A stretch of 63,800 nt of DNA, counting the filler. It is 14 parts of 14 records of this genome, joined end to end, with 100 filler letters (N's around TTAATTAATTAA, not from the genome) between each part and the next. Parts side by side here need not be neighbours in the genome. Positions count along the whole stretch, not along the records: positions 37,360 to 47,660 come from SRR9670534_960; positions 47,761 to 50,493 come from SRR9670534_970; positions 50,594 to 54,793 come from SRR9670534_972; positions 54,894 to 58,255 come from SRR9670534_977; 10 more parts are not named here. One strand, written 5' to 3'. Below the pieces are notes generated by a model. The model worked only from the letters and a program-made list of their open reading frames with translations, was not told the DNA's origin and ran no database searches. Every line of letters begins with the position of its first letter. Position 1 is the first letter of the stretch. A program made the position numbers and the translations under genes. Shown one piece after another: positions 41,916 to 54,994 of the stretch.

Positions 41916-44459
41916 TTATTTCTCTGTGGAATTTCTGAGATGAAAATGAACATTGAAAACAGAATCAGTTATAGACGGAGAACCACTAAATGGTAGTAAA
42001 CACACTATATGAGCTTTAAGTTCTTCGTCTTCAACAGATTGCAATAATTCATCTGCAGCTTTGCTTAATTCTCCCTCATCATCTAATATGTAACAGTACT
42101 TACAAGTATTATAATATAATATAATAATATTTTACTTATAAAATTACTTATAAAAATATACAATCTCATAAATTGTATAATAAATCAAACCTGAAAACAG
42201 ATTATCATTTAGATTTTCTTCAACCTCAACATTTGATATTCTGCTATCATTATCTCTATCATTATTTCTCAATCTCAACTTTTCTGCAATATAGTTGCTA
42301 TTAAATAAAAGTGTCTATATTTATATCATGTAATAAAACTACAATATCAAATATAGTGTAATAAAAGTATAGTATTATAGAATATATAATATTATAAAAG
42401 TACACTATTATAGATATATAAATATACCTGCATTACGATTCCTTTTAGATGGTGGTTCTCCATCTAACATTCCAACCCTTTTTGAATTAACAGGAACTAA
42501 ATGTTCAGATTTTCGAATAGGTGGTTTAATCACACCTAAATATTATAACATCCTATATATGTAATCAACCAATATGTTACAAAGAATAACAATCACCAAC
42601 TCTTATTATCCTTCTTGTTATTAGTTGACCTTCTAATATGCAATTTTACTTTCTTCTTCTCATCATCAATTTCAGGTGCATACACAACATCATCATTTCG
42701 TAAAGTACCAGCGTCTGTTTCAACACTTGCATTATCAAAGAATTTATCTTCACTCTGTATTCCAGAATCTCTACATTCTAATCTAGATCCAGAAGTACCA
42801 CTGAGGTCAGATACTCTATCATTAGATGACGTTTCACTGATACTATTTAATGATGTTTTTGTAAACACATTTGAAAATCTTCCACCTTCCTGAACATTTG
42901 GTAAATGTTGCATATTATAAGTTCCAGGAAAACACAGACCAAAGTATTGACCATGTCCTAATTGACCATTTGGCAATTGTGTACTGCCTAACTGCCCAGA
43001 TCCTAGATATGTAAGAAGATATCAAAGATATTTAAATCATTAAAATTTTGACTTATTAACTATACTTATAATAATATAATTAATAGGTAAATAAAGTCAA
43101 AACCATATATAAAACCACCATAACCCATCAGAACAGCTTGAAATTGACTTTGAACATGTGGAGGCATTGAATTGCTACTACAAGTTGCAGATGAAGAATT
43201 ATTGTTAACCACATTAGAATTAACTTCTTAACAAACATTAACATGTTGTTGACCAGCACTTTTTCCTTCTATAAAAATAATTAATATAAATTATGCATTA
43301 ATAAAATTTACTTGCACACAAAACCTGAGTGTTCATCAGCCATTGTTGCAATTATAGTCCTTTGCATGTACGGACTTTCATCTATATAATGATCTACAAC
43401 TTTAGGGTCATTCCACCTTCCAAGAACCATAAGCTATCTTTGCAAACAACCCATAGCCGCTGCATAAGTTGCTGAAGATCTACGAAAACAATGACCAGTA
43501 TACTTTTCTGGTTCAGAAAGTTCCAAAAATATAGCCATTTTTCTAGGATAATAGCTCATACCCTTTTCCCAGTATTTTCTGTACCAAATGCAGCTATCTT
43601 ACTGTTGAAATTCTTGAAAAATTTACCACTTCTATTCTTAGTTCTTTTACAATATTGCACAAGTAGATGTAAACAATCAAATTTCTCTCGAAAATGATTA
43701 AAACGAAACTTAAAAGGGATGCTAAATCTTTTGGGCATGGCACATCGTTTTGATGTTTTAACCATTATTTCAATAAACCCTTCACTATTTATATCCATGC
43801 AATCCCATGTTAGCTTCCATAAGTCATCACAATGCATGGTACAAAAGAAAGCAATAAGCACTGCCAAACGCATAGAAAGTGTTTTGGCCTCCTGTGAACT
43901 TTTTATCAAATAATAAAATATTTGATTAACAGTAAATATTTTGGACTGCTTAGAATTATAGCCATTCTTAAATGATTTTAATACGTATTGCAAATCAGCT
44001 AAACCTTTAAAATTTAATCTTAGCTGTCTGAAACCAGGAGCAAGGTGGAACATACGTTTTACAAATGAATATTGCTTTATAAGAGTCGACCAAGTATACT
44101 TTTCTGCCAGCAATTCGATATAGCCTATAAGTCATTCTTCATAATCTTCATCTACATCACAAGAAAACCAGAAGGGCAAAAAATGTGTTTTGGTACATAT
44201 ATAATCCTTTAAAGTGTCTGATTGAACACCTGCAAGTTTTATGTGCAAGGACTGGATTTCTATTTTACAACTACTATTTGTAATGCTTACAATACCTGAT
44301 TTTTCTCTTTTTATCTACATTATAAGGATCAATACCCAATGTTTTGAAAGCAGATGGATCACCAAGATTTACTGTAATTGGACTTTCTGCAAATCCAGGC
44401 AAAGGTTGACTACATCCACTAGCATTGTTCACACTTCTGCGATTTCTCCCACCAGGCAT
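41916..44459 (-). pseudogene. Tyrosine recombinase YR1 (Crypton-like) with long spliced low-complexity C-tail, disrupted
   Basis: SAM-like LIGYIELLAEKYTWSTL; box I FFCTM(H<R)CDDLWKLTW; KTSK; PEKYTGHCFRRSSATYAA...LGRWNDPKVVDHYI (HxxR, W, nucleophile Y). Stops at 44132-44134 and 43434-43436; frameshift at ~43560. Tail ends FSGSPSITDSVFNVHFH. Confidence 0.85.
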
Positions 44460-44679
44460 ACTTACAAAGCAATATTCTAAAATTATTAACTAAAATATAT
44501 CCTATAAAATTTTAATAACCAATCATGAGATATTTAAACATTACACAATGTAAACTATTAGTACCAAAAAAAATCGAAACACATATTTGTTTTTTTCAAT
44601 ATCTAAAATCAAAAAATTCAAATAACCCTACTAACAACAAATTTGCATTATGTAAGATTTCATAACAGAACTTGAATAT

Positions 44680-46027
44680 TCATGCCAAACTTGGTATACT
44701 TCTGTTGCTGTAAATCGTAGGATTAACCAAGTTTAATATCTACAAACATATCAATTATAATTTAATAAAAGAACGAAAGAATAGTTAACTATATACAAAC
44801 TTTGCATTGCAAACGTACTTCAGCAACATGTTTTCCAATGTCCATTAAATCAGACTTTGTTACATGCATACGACCTATTTTCTTTGTTTCATTATCCCAT
44901 TTTCTTAATAAATATCTGCAACGAACATCACAAATAGACAGATACCTCGTGATGATTGTAATACAAAAAACTGGTGGTAATCCACATATCATATATCTGT
45001 TAGGAATTTCTATAATTCTAACATCTAATGTTCTACCATATCTCATCGAAATTTTCACAGAGTTACCATTGCCATATTTAACATCACCAAAGTGAAGCTT
45101 ATAAAAAGCCTTCAAACTATATAATATATACATATTTTCAAAGACAGTATTATCAAATGTTTAAAAACAATGGACAGATGTCTATCATGTTTGTACGAAA
45201 AAGAGAGCATAATAGTATTAATAATTACAATACAACCTGAATGATGTATAGCAGCACAATAATGCAATTAGCTTTTGCACTGCTGATTTGTCCTCATAAT
45301 CCCTATTGAGAAAGCATACCATGTCTCCAATAGTAAAGCATGGAAGTATTTTTGAATAACCTGATAGCACATACTTTTTCTTCAATTTATCCAAAAAACC
45401 AGTTTCATGTGAAGTATGGCTTTGTACCATCTTCTTTGAAAGCACAATGTCTTCAACAGCTTTAAAAACAACTGGAAGAAGCTTTTTACCCAAAACATCA
45501 GAAACTATGGCCATGTATGACTTGATGTTTGATTGAACAGAGAACCCTTTAAAGGATTTAACATGAAGTAAAAAAGATTGTATTGATTCTCGATACAAAT
45601 CTCCATAACCTAAATAGAAATAGCTATTATATGATGTCATAATAATATTATACAAACCAATGCAACGAGTAAAGCATCTATCACCATAATCAACTACAAT
45701 ATTAAGATTTATGTTGAATATTAAAAATAAAAATTTTTATAAATAATAAGTAAAACCTTTTTCAATTTCAAAATGACCATACATAGCATCACTATCCATA
45801 AGCTCTCTCAAACAAGGACATTTCAAGAAATCGACATGTTCACCATCATAACCAACATTCAAAACGTGATTTCTAATAGTCATAAAACTGAACCAGACCA
45901 CAGAAGGAGGAACTCCAATTTCCAACAATTTTTGAAAGTACAACAATGTTTTACGAACAATATCAAGATCGATATCCATAGTATCTAGAAATTCCATATA
46001 ATCATCCAGACTCTCTTGAGTATTCAT
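44680..46027 (-). CDS. Tyrosine-recombinase-fold protein YR2, catalytically incomplete (5 exons)
   Basis: Spliced: KLIALLCCYTSF-S-LKAFYKLHFGDV...IEIP...IITRYL...RYLLRKW...KHVAE|ILNLVNPTIYSNRSIPSLA*. Aligns with YR1 but has no HxxR or nucleophile Y. Confidence 0.65.
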
Positions 46028-46583
46028 CGCGTGTGTTGTTAAGAGTAAAATAAAGAAATACTTCGAATGAACTATGATAGGATATCTATATATACAAACT
46101 TGTCTACTTGTAAGTATAACAAGTTTACAAATTCAATACAATTGTAAAGACTTACAATACACCATAAATAGACCTTGTTATCCTAACAAATCCTTGTTTT
46201 AAGACGAGCACGATCAGAAAGATAACAATTGGAAACTTGAATTTTACTTGCAGCAGATATTAGAATGCAAACACTTACAATCGGAAACCTTAATCTTCCT
46301 GCAAATATAAGAAGTATGATATAATATTGCAGTTTAAATTCCTTTTAATTGAAATGATAACTTCCTCAGCTTCTACAACCTTCACTTTACCTTAATATAA
46401 TTTTATATAAATATTCATATAGCACATATTTTAAAAATTGAAAATCCTATTTCGAATAAAGAACAGAAACCATATAAATAATTATTTATTTAAACAAGAA
46501 AATCCTATTAACACTTAAGAACAATATTGATTTAAATGTTATGTAATAAACAGATATGATTACACAATACTATTGATAAATAT

Positions 46584-47506
46584 TTAATCAATATCAAATA
46601 TTCTTCCATTTATTTCTCTTCTACAAGAATAAATGCTGGAAATATTGAACAAATTGGCAAAAGGAAGAAAACATTTCTGAAAAAAGTTATAAATAGAAAC
46701 CATTCAATATGATTATTAAGTACAGAAAATCAATATTTATTAACCTAAGCAACAACATATGCAAAAGCGCCTATTTCTTCAATTTCCATATCCTCTTTAT
46801 ACAATTTTTTCTTATTGTTACATTGTTTCAAGAACTGTCCAATAGGACGTTCAGTATGTCTTCTATAATCATCAAAAATGATAGAACAGTTTACTGGTAA
46901 CAAGTCTCCATATTCCATATACTTTGGAATAGTAAAGCTCTTGTCTGCATTAACAGAAATCAGTGTATGGAAACCTCCATAGTAAACCTGGACATTTTTC
47001 CATTGAAGTTCTTTCAACTCCTTTTTACTAAAATACTTTTATAATGATTATATAACGTTTCATGTACTAAAATAATTATACACAAACTAGTGATATACAA
47101 ATTACCTTAATAAACCATAGAATACTAACAATATAATCACGCATATCCAAAGATACTTTCCATAAGCATATAAGCTCAAAAATTTCATCAGAATTCTTCT
47201 CTGTAATGGCAAATGTACTTTTCGAAAGCAACCATTGTCCAGATGATCAATCAATATCTTCAATCTCCAATCTCCAGCAATATTTGGGCACAAACAGCGT
47301 AATGAAGGGTAATAAGCAAAAATATCAAAGACATGAACAAACATTTCTTTAATTTCATGATTTGTAAAAGCTCCATGCAAAGTTAACATGAAATTAATGA
47401 CTTTGTGCTGAGAACTCAAATCCGGTGGCTGCTTTAAGTAAAATTCCATAAACTTATTCTTCTTTTGTAAAAATCGATAATTAACAAATACTGGAGAAAT
47501 GGCCAT
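46584..47506 (-). CDS. Tyrosine-recombinase-fold protein YR3, catalytically incomplete (3 exons; TAG at end of exon 2)
   Basis: Spliced: VIILLVFYGLL-S-KKELKELQWKNVQ...SFTIP...IFDDYRR...GQFLKQCN...AYVVA*|KCFLPFANLFNISSI. Confidence 0.65.
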
Positions 47507-47794
47507 TAGAAAATTTAATCATCTATAACAAAAAGTTTATATTGCTATATTCAATTTAATGGACTACAAAATATTAATATGAAAATAAATGCTCTTATTT
47601 GTACATATTATTCAAAATCCAAAAACAATATATATATATAAACATCCTATGAAACCTAGGNNNNNNNNNNNNNNNNNNNNNNNNNNNNNNNNNNNNNNNN
47701 NNNNTTAATTAATTAANNNNNNNNNNNNNNNNNNNNNNNNNNNNNNNNNNNNNNNNNNNNTAGGATACGGATAAGATTTTCCCTCTCTAACTAC

Positions 47795-47802
47795 TATATA
47801 AA
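47795..47802 (+). promoter_or_regulatory. Candidate TATA box of the small Cys-tailed gene
   Basis: TATATAAA about 90 nt upstream of the ATG at 47888. Weak evidence in such AT-rich DNA. Confidence 0.3.
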
Positions 47803-47887
47803 TTGGGCATAATTGAGAGCTTTTAGAGTAGCAACAACAAATTATTACAAACCTCCACCTATATTTATCAGAGTCTTATAGTAAAAA

Positions 47888-48597
47888 ATGCAAAGAACAG
47901 TAACTGCTAAATTTGTACCAGTTAAAAATGCTTTCCTGACAAGTTGGACTGGTAACAGCATGGTTAGCAATGCTAACTTAGCATTAGTAAAAATTTAGAG
48001 TAAGCATAGCTATAATTAACTTTGATTTTGAAATGTAGATTAAAAGCAATGCATTGTTAAGCTTAAAGATAAGAGATTTACATCAACAAAATGTCAAGGA
48101 GAGTTCAAAGATTGCTTTTATTAATAGTAAGGAGGTATGCAACTTACAGCATATACATAGTATACATAGGCTTAGGGAGCATGGGCCTAAACTTTGGGCC
48201 CTAGAGAGCTACAACTGAGTTACTCTCCAAAGAAATTTTTGAAATTTCGGCTAGACCAAAGAAATTAGAAACTTTTGGGCAAATTGCGCCAGCCTACATA
48301 TTATATTGGGCTTATATGCTAATAATAATAGTATAGAATGTCAAGCATTCACAAAGCCTTCTTTAGATGGTCTTTGATGACAAAGTTGCAAAATTGATGA
48401 AAAGGGTTGCTGACAAAAGCAAGAATGTGGAATTGGCAAACAAACTGATTTCTGGTAAAGATAAAAAAGCAAAGAAAATGGCTGAAGATTTGTATGGTGA
48501 TAACTTTACCAAAGCTGTTATGAAAGATGATGCAAAATGTGGTTATGGTTGTTGGTGTGTTTGTACTTGTGGTACTGTTGGTAAAACTTGTTGGTAA
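47888..48597 (+). CDS. Small (~135-140 aa) three-exon protein with presequence-like N-terminus and six-Cys C-terminal tail
   Basis: Exons ~47888-47962/47986, 48039-48134 and 48367-48597, all phase 0: MQRTVTAKFVPVKNAFLTSWTGNSM..|IKSNALLSLKIRDLHQQ...NSKE|MVFDDKVAKLMKRV...DDAKCGYGCWCVCTCGTVGKTCW*. Confidence 0.65.
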
Positions 48598-49263
48598 AGA
48601 TAGGTTTCAAAGTATGAATTTGTCAGGCATGTTTTGTTTTCAAAAAGTTATTTTAATTATGAATAGTGTTGTATTATTAATAATGTTTTAATTTTAATCC
48701 CAATAATGCTATAATACTATATTAATGTCCAAATTTTGGATTTCACCATCTATTGGCTTCAAGGTATAATAGGATATTATTAATATCCTAATAGTATTCC
48801 TATCTTACATTTACAATGGTATATTTTTTGTGATTTACTTACTAATCTATAATATACCTGTTTCTCCATTATTATTGATATTACTAACTAACATAGTCAT
48901 AATTACCAATAAAAATGGTGTATGGTAATTGCCATCTTGGATTTTGTCATATTTTATGATAAATCATATATTTATATGTCGTATCAATCCGAGTTTTATT
49001 AATGATAATAATAGTTCACTTTTCGCCAACACTTTTAAGTTTTTTTTTGCTAATTTGCTTTAAATTTGAAAAAAGGCTATTTTTGCCATTTTCAAATTAA
49101 TGTGTTTTTATTGGTCAGTGGCAGTTAATATTTACTTTCTAATGATTTAGGAACAAAATCATCATAAATATTAATAGATAAAATGTTTGACTAATATTAT
49201 TAATTTATTAATAAAAAAATGTTATCAAAGAAAGCTTGTTAATAAATGTGGTAATATGGAAAA

Positions 49264-50374
49264 TTATCCCAAAAGTGGATATTTCTTGCTGAACAATCTC
49301 AGAAAGTTTTTTAATACTTCAGGAAGTGGTAATGCATCAATGCCATTGACACTTGCTGCTTTCAAGATTTCTCTGCAACACCATTGATGCAAATGCAATA
49401 CTAGAAGATAACATTTCAAAAGTAATGATATAATAATATAATAATATTAAAATATATTAATAATTATTTATAATTATAATAATTTAAATATAATAATATA
49501 CCATAAGAATTATACTGTGTAATATAGAGTAGTAAAACATTTCAAAAGTAATAATATAATAATATTCAAGTATATTAATAATAATACTAATTAAAAATAA
49601 TAATATAATAATATTACATAATATTATAATTATATACCCAGTAAATGAGCAGTATAAGGTTGAATTATAATAAATATGCATTAATGTGTTTACGTTTATA
49701 TAATGTTTGTATAATGATACATTTCAACTTTTGAGGCTTAGGCCTGGACCACACATACGAAAGTCCTTCTCCAGCACATACACCATATTCAACATCATTG
49801 CATCCTAAATTGTCACAAAATTTATACTCATAATTATTAGGGTAAAATTGAGAATTTAAAATTCTGTATGTATGTTTCCTCCAGAGCTAAGTACATATAG
49901 GGCATTCACATAAAATATTAAAAACTTTCATAAAAAGTCTATTAGTAGAAATTCAGTAGTAAAAAGGATTATACGTTGTAAATTCAAAAGACATCAGTTG
50001 ACAACAGATGTCACCTGATAGCGTTGAAAGTGAAACTGGAGGACCGTCCTTCCCAATAGTACATAGATGTCGCCATAAAAGCCTTTAAGCTGAGCTTATT
50101 ATTGAGCTATGAACACCATTATGTTAGCATTCATACTTCAAATCTTAGTTTGGCTATCAATTGAAAGCCTACGTGTTTACAGTGATTCACTGTGAGTAAT
50201 CAAGGACAATACAATTAAAGCAAAAATATTATAGGTTATCCCATGCCATGCTAATTAATTTCATAAAATATTAATGAAATTATAGAACCTGCTGTCATTG
50301 TTAGTACTTCTCTTGGGATAAGACAGGAATCATAGCCATTCAGAATTCTATAAATATCTGGAGCTTTCGAACCC
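49264..50374 (-). CDS. SOCS-box protein, 3' exons only
   Basis: Last exon (49264-49400) reads LLHLHQWCCREILKAASVNGIDALPLPEVLKNFL...*, a SOCS box with BC box and LPLP cullin box. Upstream exons at ~49760-49804, 50015-50082 and 50289-50374. Confidence 0.7.
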
Positions 50375-51321
50375 TACACATAAACCTCGCCTAATCAAAT
50401 ATAGGACTGCTGAATAAGGTGGTTCACAAAAAAATAAAAAACCAGATCAAAATTTGAACGTAAAATTTATCATAGATAACCCATAGAGAATAANNNNNNN
50501 NNNNNNNNNNNNNNNNNNNNNNNNNNNNNNNNNNNNNTTAATTAATTAANNNNNNNNNNNNNNNNNNNNNNNNNNNNNNNNNNNNNNNNNNNNTAAATAA
50601 ACTAACCTATACACTAAACAATATACGAATGCATATATGTAAAATGACATAGAGAAGTGAATACTAATTATTATAAAAGTCAAAATGAGCTTCCGTAGTT
50701 TTATGAGAGCATTACTACTCATAATACCATGTCCGTTACCAACAATACAATACCTTGTAGTGCTCAAAAGCTTTTTCACAAAAGATGGGTTTTATAAAGT
50801 TACTATATTATAATACAATACAACGAATAGTACATAAATACGTAAACATGGTAAAAAATTGCGTAGACAAAAGATAATTAAGATCTTATGATTAATAATA
50901 CTTTGAGATCTTATTATTAATACATGTCATTGACAATGGAATATTAATAATTATAAACCATCGGATCATCCGTGATAATAACAAAATGACATAAAACAGA
51001 CCAAGAAATGGCAAGGCTAGTAAACAGGGTAATTAATACCAATAAATTGAAATTAATTAGTATTAATAAATGTGTATATATTAATAATCGTAGAACTAAG
51101 AATCACATTGTAATTCATGGAATGGACTCCATTCAATGTAGCATCAAGAAAGAGAAATTCATTGTGACATAGGCGAGTTTTGACTAACAATTTGGGGAAT
51201 AGTTGTTTATTAAGTTAGAACGAATGTAAGAAAATCTCTGAATAGGGATCTGAATAGGGATTTGTGTTCTAACTAACTTCATTTTGTTAGAACACAAATT
51301 AGAACATGGTGTAAGTCAAAG

Positions 51322-52744
51322 TCAGGTGGGATTACAACAAGTCTTCTTTACGAGCATAGCAACCAAACAAGGAGTCGCCAAAAGGATTAAAGGTGCCATC
51401 AATAATCCCATTACCGACATAAAGATCAAAGTCCCAACAACCTATACAACAGATATAATAACTAGTGAAACCTGACACGACATTAATCATCAGTACTTAC
51501 CTTTGCTCTATACTTCAGCAAATAAACTTTGCTGTGCCCAGATTTTGATCTACATCGACCCTTCGAGTAATGAACCAAAAGGACATCATTCTAAATTAGA
51601 GAGATTCGTCAAAATTAGGGTATTCTTCGGTACATACGGTAAGAATCTTTAGACAGTGCCAACAAAAGATGCTTCGACATATGGTGCATCGAACTTGAGA
51701 ACATCCTTCATCTTTTTGAATAGGGATAAAGCAACCAGGGCAAAATTTGATGTTGTTTTTCTCGGACAGATTTCCCCCACTGAGAACATTGATGCTTCGA
51801 TGGCAAATGGGAACGTTACTTGATAAAGCTCTGCAAGGGTGGTTTTTATTCCATACACACTTGCAGTATGGACAAAATAAAGCGTCACACTAAAATTATT
51901 GAAATTAGTAATACATATTACATAATAATCGCTAGAAAATAAATTGGTAAACCTTTTCGCAAGAACATGGTTTGATTTTGCTTGATCGTTTATTGCAAAC
52001 TTTCACATTGCACAAATTATCACATTTTCCAGAAGGGCACCAAACCTTGCTAGTATTGATTCCTTGGTTACAAGTTGCTACGATGGCAAGGTTATTAATT
52101 ATTAATAATAATATTCTAACAAAACAGGTACAAAAGTTTACTCACCTGAAAACGAACAAACTCTTTTGTATTTAACAAAACTAGAATAACCAGAAATAGT
52201 AAGCACCTAAATTAATTCGTTACAAACTTAAATTTTTAGAAAGTGTACCAAAAATTCATTGGAAATGGATGCTTACATCGTAAGGTGTGACAACACCATC
52301 TTGAGGACACATATAGCTAGGACAAGATAAAAGAGATCGATGTTCACTGGGTAAACTCTTGCCAGCCTTTGTATCTATAACAGTTTTGCTATCCAAAAGA
52401 AAGTTAACATATTCCTGTAAACACTAAAAAACACATTTATTTTTAATAATAATCTTTTCATATCAAATTACTATTTAATTTCTAATTTCATACGTTTGAA
52501 AATTACCATTGTGTGTATATTATATAATATTTAATTACTATGTCTAATTAATAATACTACATATCAATACACATGATAATATTACCTCTCGACAGAATAA
52601 GCAACCGCACATGAGGGCAATACAATGTGGATGTTCATTGCAAGTATTTTTTAAACAAATCCCACATTGTTTAAATTTACCCTCTTTCGCGTCGCCAATA
52701 TCGCAGTGACCATCGGCAAGACTGGGATTTTCAATAATTTCCAT
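51322..52744 (-). CDS. RNF144: RBR E3 ubiquitin ligase, RNF144-like (RING1-IBR-RING2-TM)
   Basis: Spliced: CGICL...CGCLFCRE|CLQEYV...VWCP..C...FCPYCK...IKFCPGCFIPIQKDEGCSQVRCTICRSIFCWHCL|NDVLLVHYSKGRCRSKSGHS...|VVGTLIF...APLILLATPCL. Confidence 0.85.
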
Positions 52745-54084
52745 CACTTCAGACGCTGATAAGTTTTCTTTTTGATTTTAATAGCACTAACCGTTTGTTG
52801 CTGTGAAGTAACTTTCTTTTACGAAATAAATTAGCATTCCTATAATACAGATCCTACCAGTGGTAGTAGACTACCACATATAATTCTAAAAATTAATAAA
52901 TTCACATTATAACTATTCATAAAATAATTACATGTACAGTACAGACTGCTGTCGTGAGATGAGATAATAATAATCATTAGCAGCAGTGTTTGCTTGCTTT
53001 TGCTTATTGTATTATTACACGTAAAAGTAACATTAATAAGTATTACTGATGAATATCATTATTAATAATACATATAATATCAGGTTAATGATAATAATAG
53101 CAATAAAAATAATAAGAAGAAAAACAATGAACATCGATCCTAATGATTATTATTATTTCGCAAGTGTAGTACACAGAGAATGAACAACTTACAGTATGTT
53201 TTACGCAATCCTTCACGGAAAAACAAATACAATACCATGGTAACACCATGGTACGTAATATCATAATGGTACATACATAGGCCTATAGACAAAAGGGTTT
53301 TGAATTGTGACATAATCATGATTCATGATTCATGATATCACCAAAGATGCCCAGAAGTAGCCAGGTTTTCAGCCTCATTGACTTTCTTAGACTGCCAGAA
53401 TTTCTAGGAATACCAACTTCCCCAGGAATCACAGAAATCAAAAATTTGAAATAATAAGTAATTCGAATCTACACTAACACTATACAGTAGTAGGTATACA
53501 AAAACCAAGAGTAGGCATAACTACCTATAGGTAGTCGTTAATATATTAATTAACGAGACTCTCGAGACCCTCATTACGAGAATCATCATTATTATTAATA
53601 ATACATAATAAGATTACGAAATATGAAACTAAACAGCAAGTGAATGACAAGAAATTATGAAATAAAACTATAAGTACACTAATAAAAAAGCCATAATCAT
53701 CTAGGACTACATATGTACAATCAAATCATCAACTCTCAAGTTATAACAAATGTCGATCGGTAAGTGTGATGATGAAGCCATTCAAATTTAAAATTCGTCC
53801 TTATTATAGCAACATCATTGTATTGTAAGAATAACTTGAACAGCATAGCCTAGGTACTCACAGTAGGCATCATTTATTAGGTATTTATAAATAACATTTA
53901 AATTATTAAATGTATCATATATGACAATTGTCATATTTATTAATAAATACATAATATTATTTGTGTTCTTCATCTGAGGTTCTACGTTCATCTGACGATG
54001 ACATTCGTCCAAAACAACAATAACAACCGTTGAAGCCTTCAACTTGATGGTATATAATTATTATTATTATTAAAAAACCTTGGT

Positions 54085-54411
54085 TTAGTTATGCCGATTA
54101 CTATATCCATTATAGGAAAGTCTGTCATAATGTTCTGTACCTGTAAAAGTTCCAGCAATTCTTTCACAGTTTGGGTTGAAAACAGAATAAGCACTCAATT
54201 CATGTTTTGATTTTCTATTAGATGACTTTGTAGTAGAAAAATATATTACAACAATTACAGCTATTATAAAGTAAACAGCACCAAATCCAATATAAATAAA
54301 ATAAGTCCAACCCAGAACTAATAGTAAAAGTTTCAGAAAAGTTTCGCTCCACACCATCTCTTTTAACCACTGAATGCATTTACTTCTGGTCATTATATTG
54401 GTCAATATTTA
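54085..54411 (-). CDS. SAYSD1: SAYSvFN-domain protein, last exon (5'-partial)
   Basis: Hydrophobic GFGAVYFII segment, then ELSAYSVFNPNCERIAGTF. Confidence 0.85.
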
Positions 54412-54994
54412 CTAAGAATAAGTATGTAGTAACATATGTACAAAGTACATACCTATGTAATATTATATTACAATGTACATATATAATATTATTTATACAT
54501 ACATACATACTATGTACATATATGTAGTAATGATTGCAAAATACATACAACACTAGGTAATCACAGGCACTTATGTATGTAATATCATGTAAAATATAAT
54601 GAAAAATAAGTGCATTATTATTTTTTCTCTTAATTAATGTTATTTTTAATTAGTAGTTGTTATTTAAATTATTTTTTAGTCATTTATGAAAAAAATAAAA
54701 ATTTGTTATCTATTAATGAAAGTTAATAAAAAGTATCCATCTACCATATTTCCTTTAATAATGACACTATGTTATTATTATTTCACTCACCAANNNNNNN
54801 NNNNNNNNNNNNNNNNNNNNNNNNNNNNNNNNNNNNNTTAATTAATTAANNNNNNNNNNNNNNNNNNNNNNNNNNNNNNNNNNNNNNNNNNNNTTTTTTG
54901 AGCAAAATCAATGTTTTTTTTTGCACTATGTAGAACAATTAAACGTTGATCAGCTGCAATTATTCCAAATAAATATTCACCATCTTATTAAATA

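Larger units (their letters stand above)
37360..47660 (-). mobile_element. Putative large tyrosine-recombinase (Crypton-like) element carrying three YR genes and a BLM-like RecQ; boundaries unknown
   Basis: Four tightly packed co-oriented genes. YR1 and RecQ carry matching CpG-type lesions. No intact host gene on the contig. Confidence 0.55.

Noticed and set aside
46080-46480. Possible fourth small gene between YR3 and YR2
   Set aside because: Coding-like composition, but every frame has stops and I could not build a consistent spliced model or find a motif.
48538-48597. YGCWC resembles the phospholipase A2 calcium loop
   Set aside because: It lies at the extreme C-terminus with no catalytic His-Asp helix after it.
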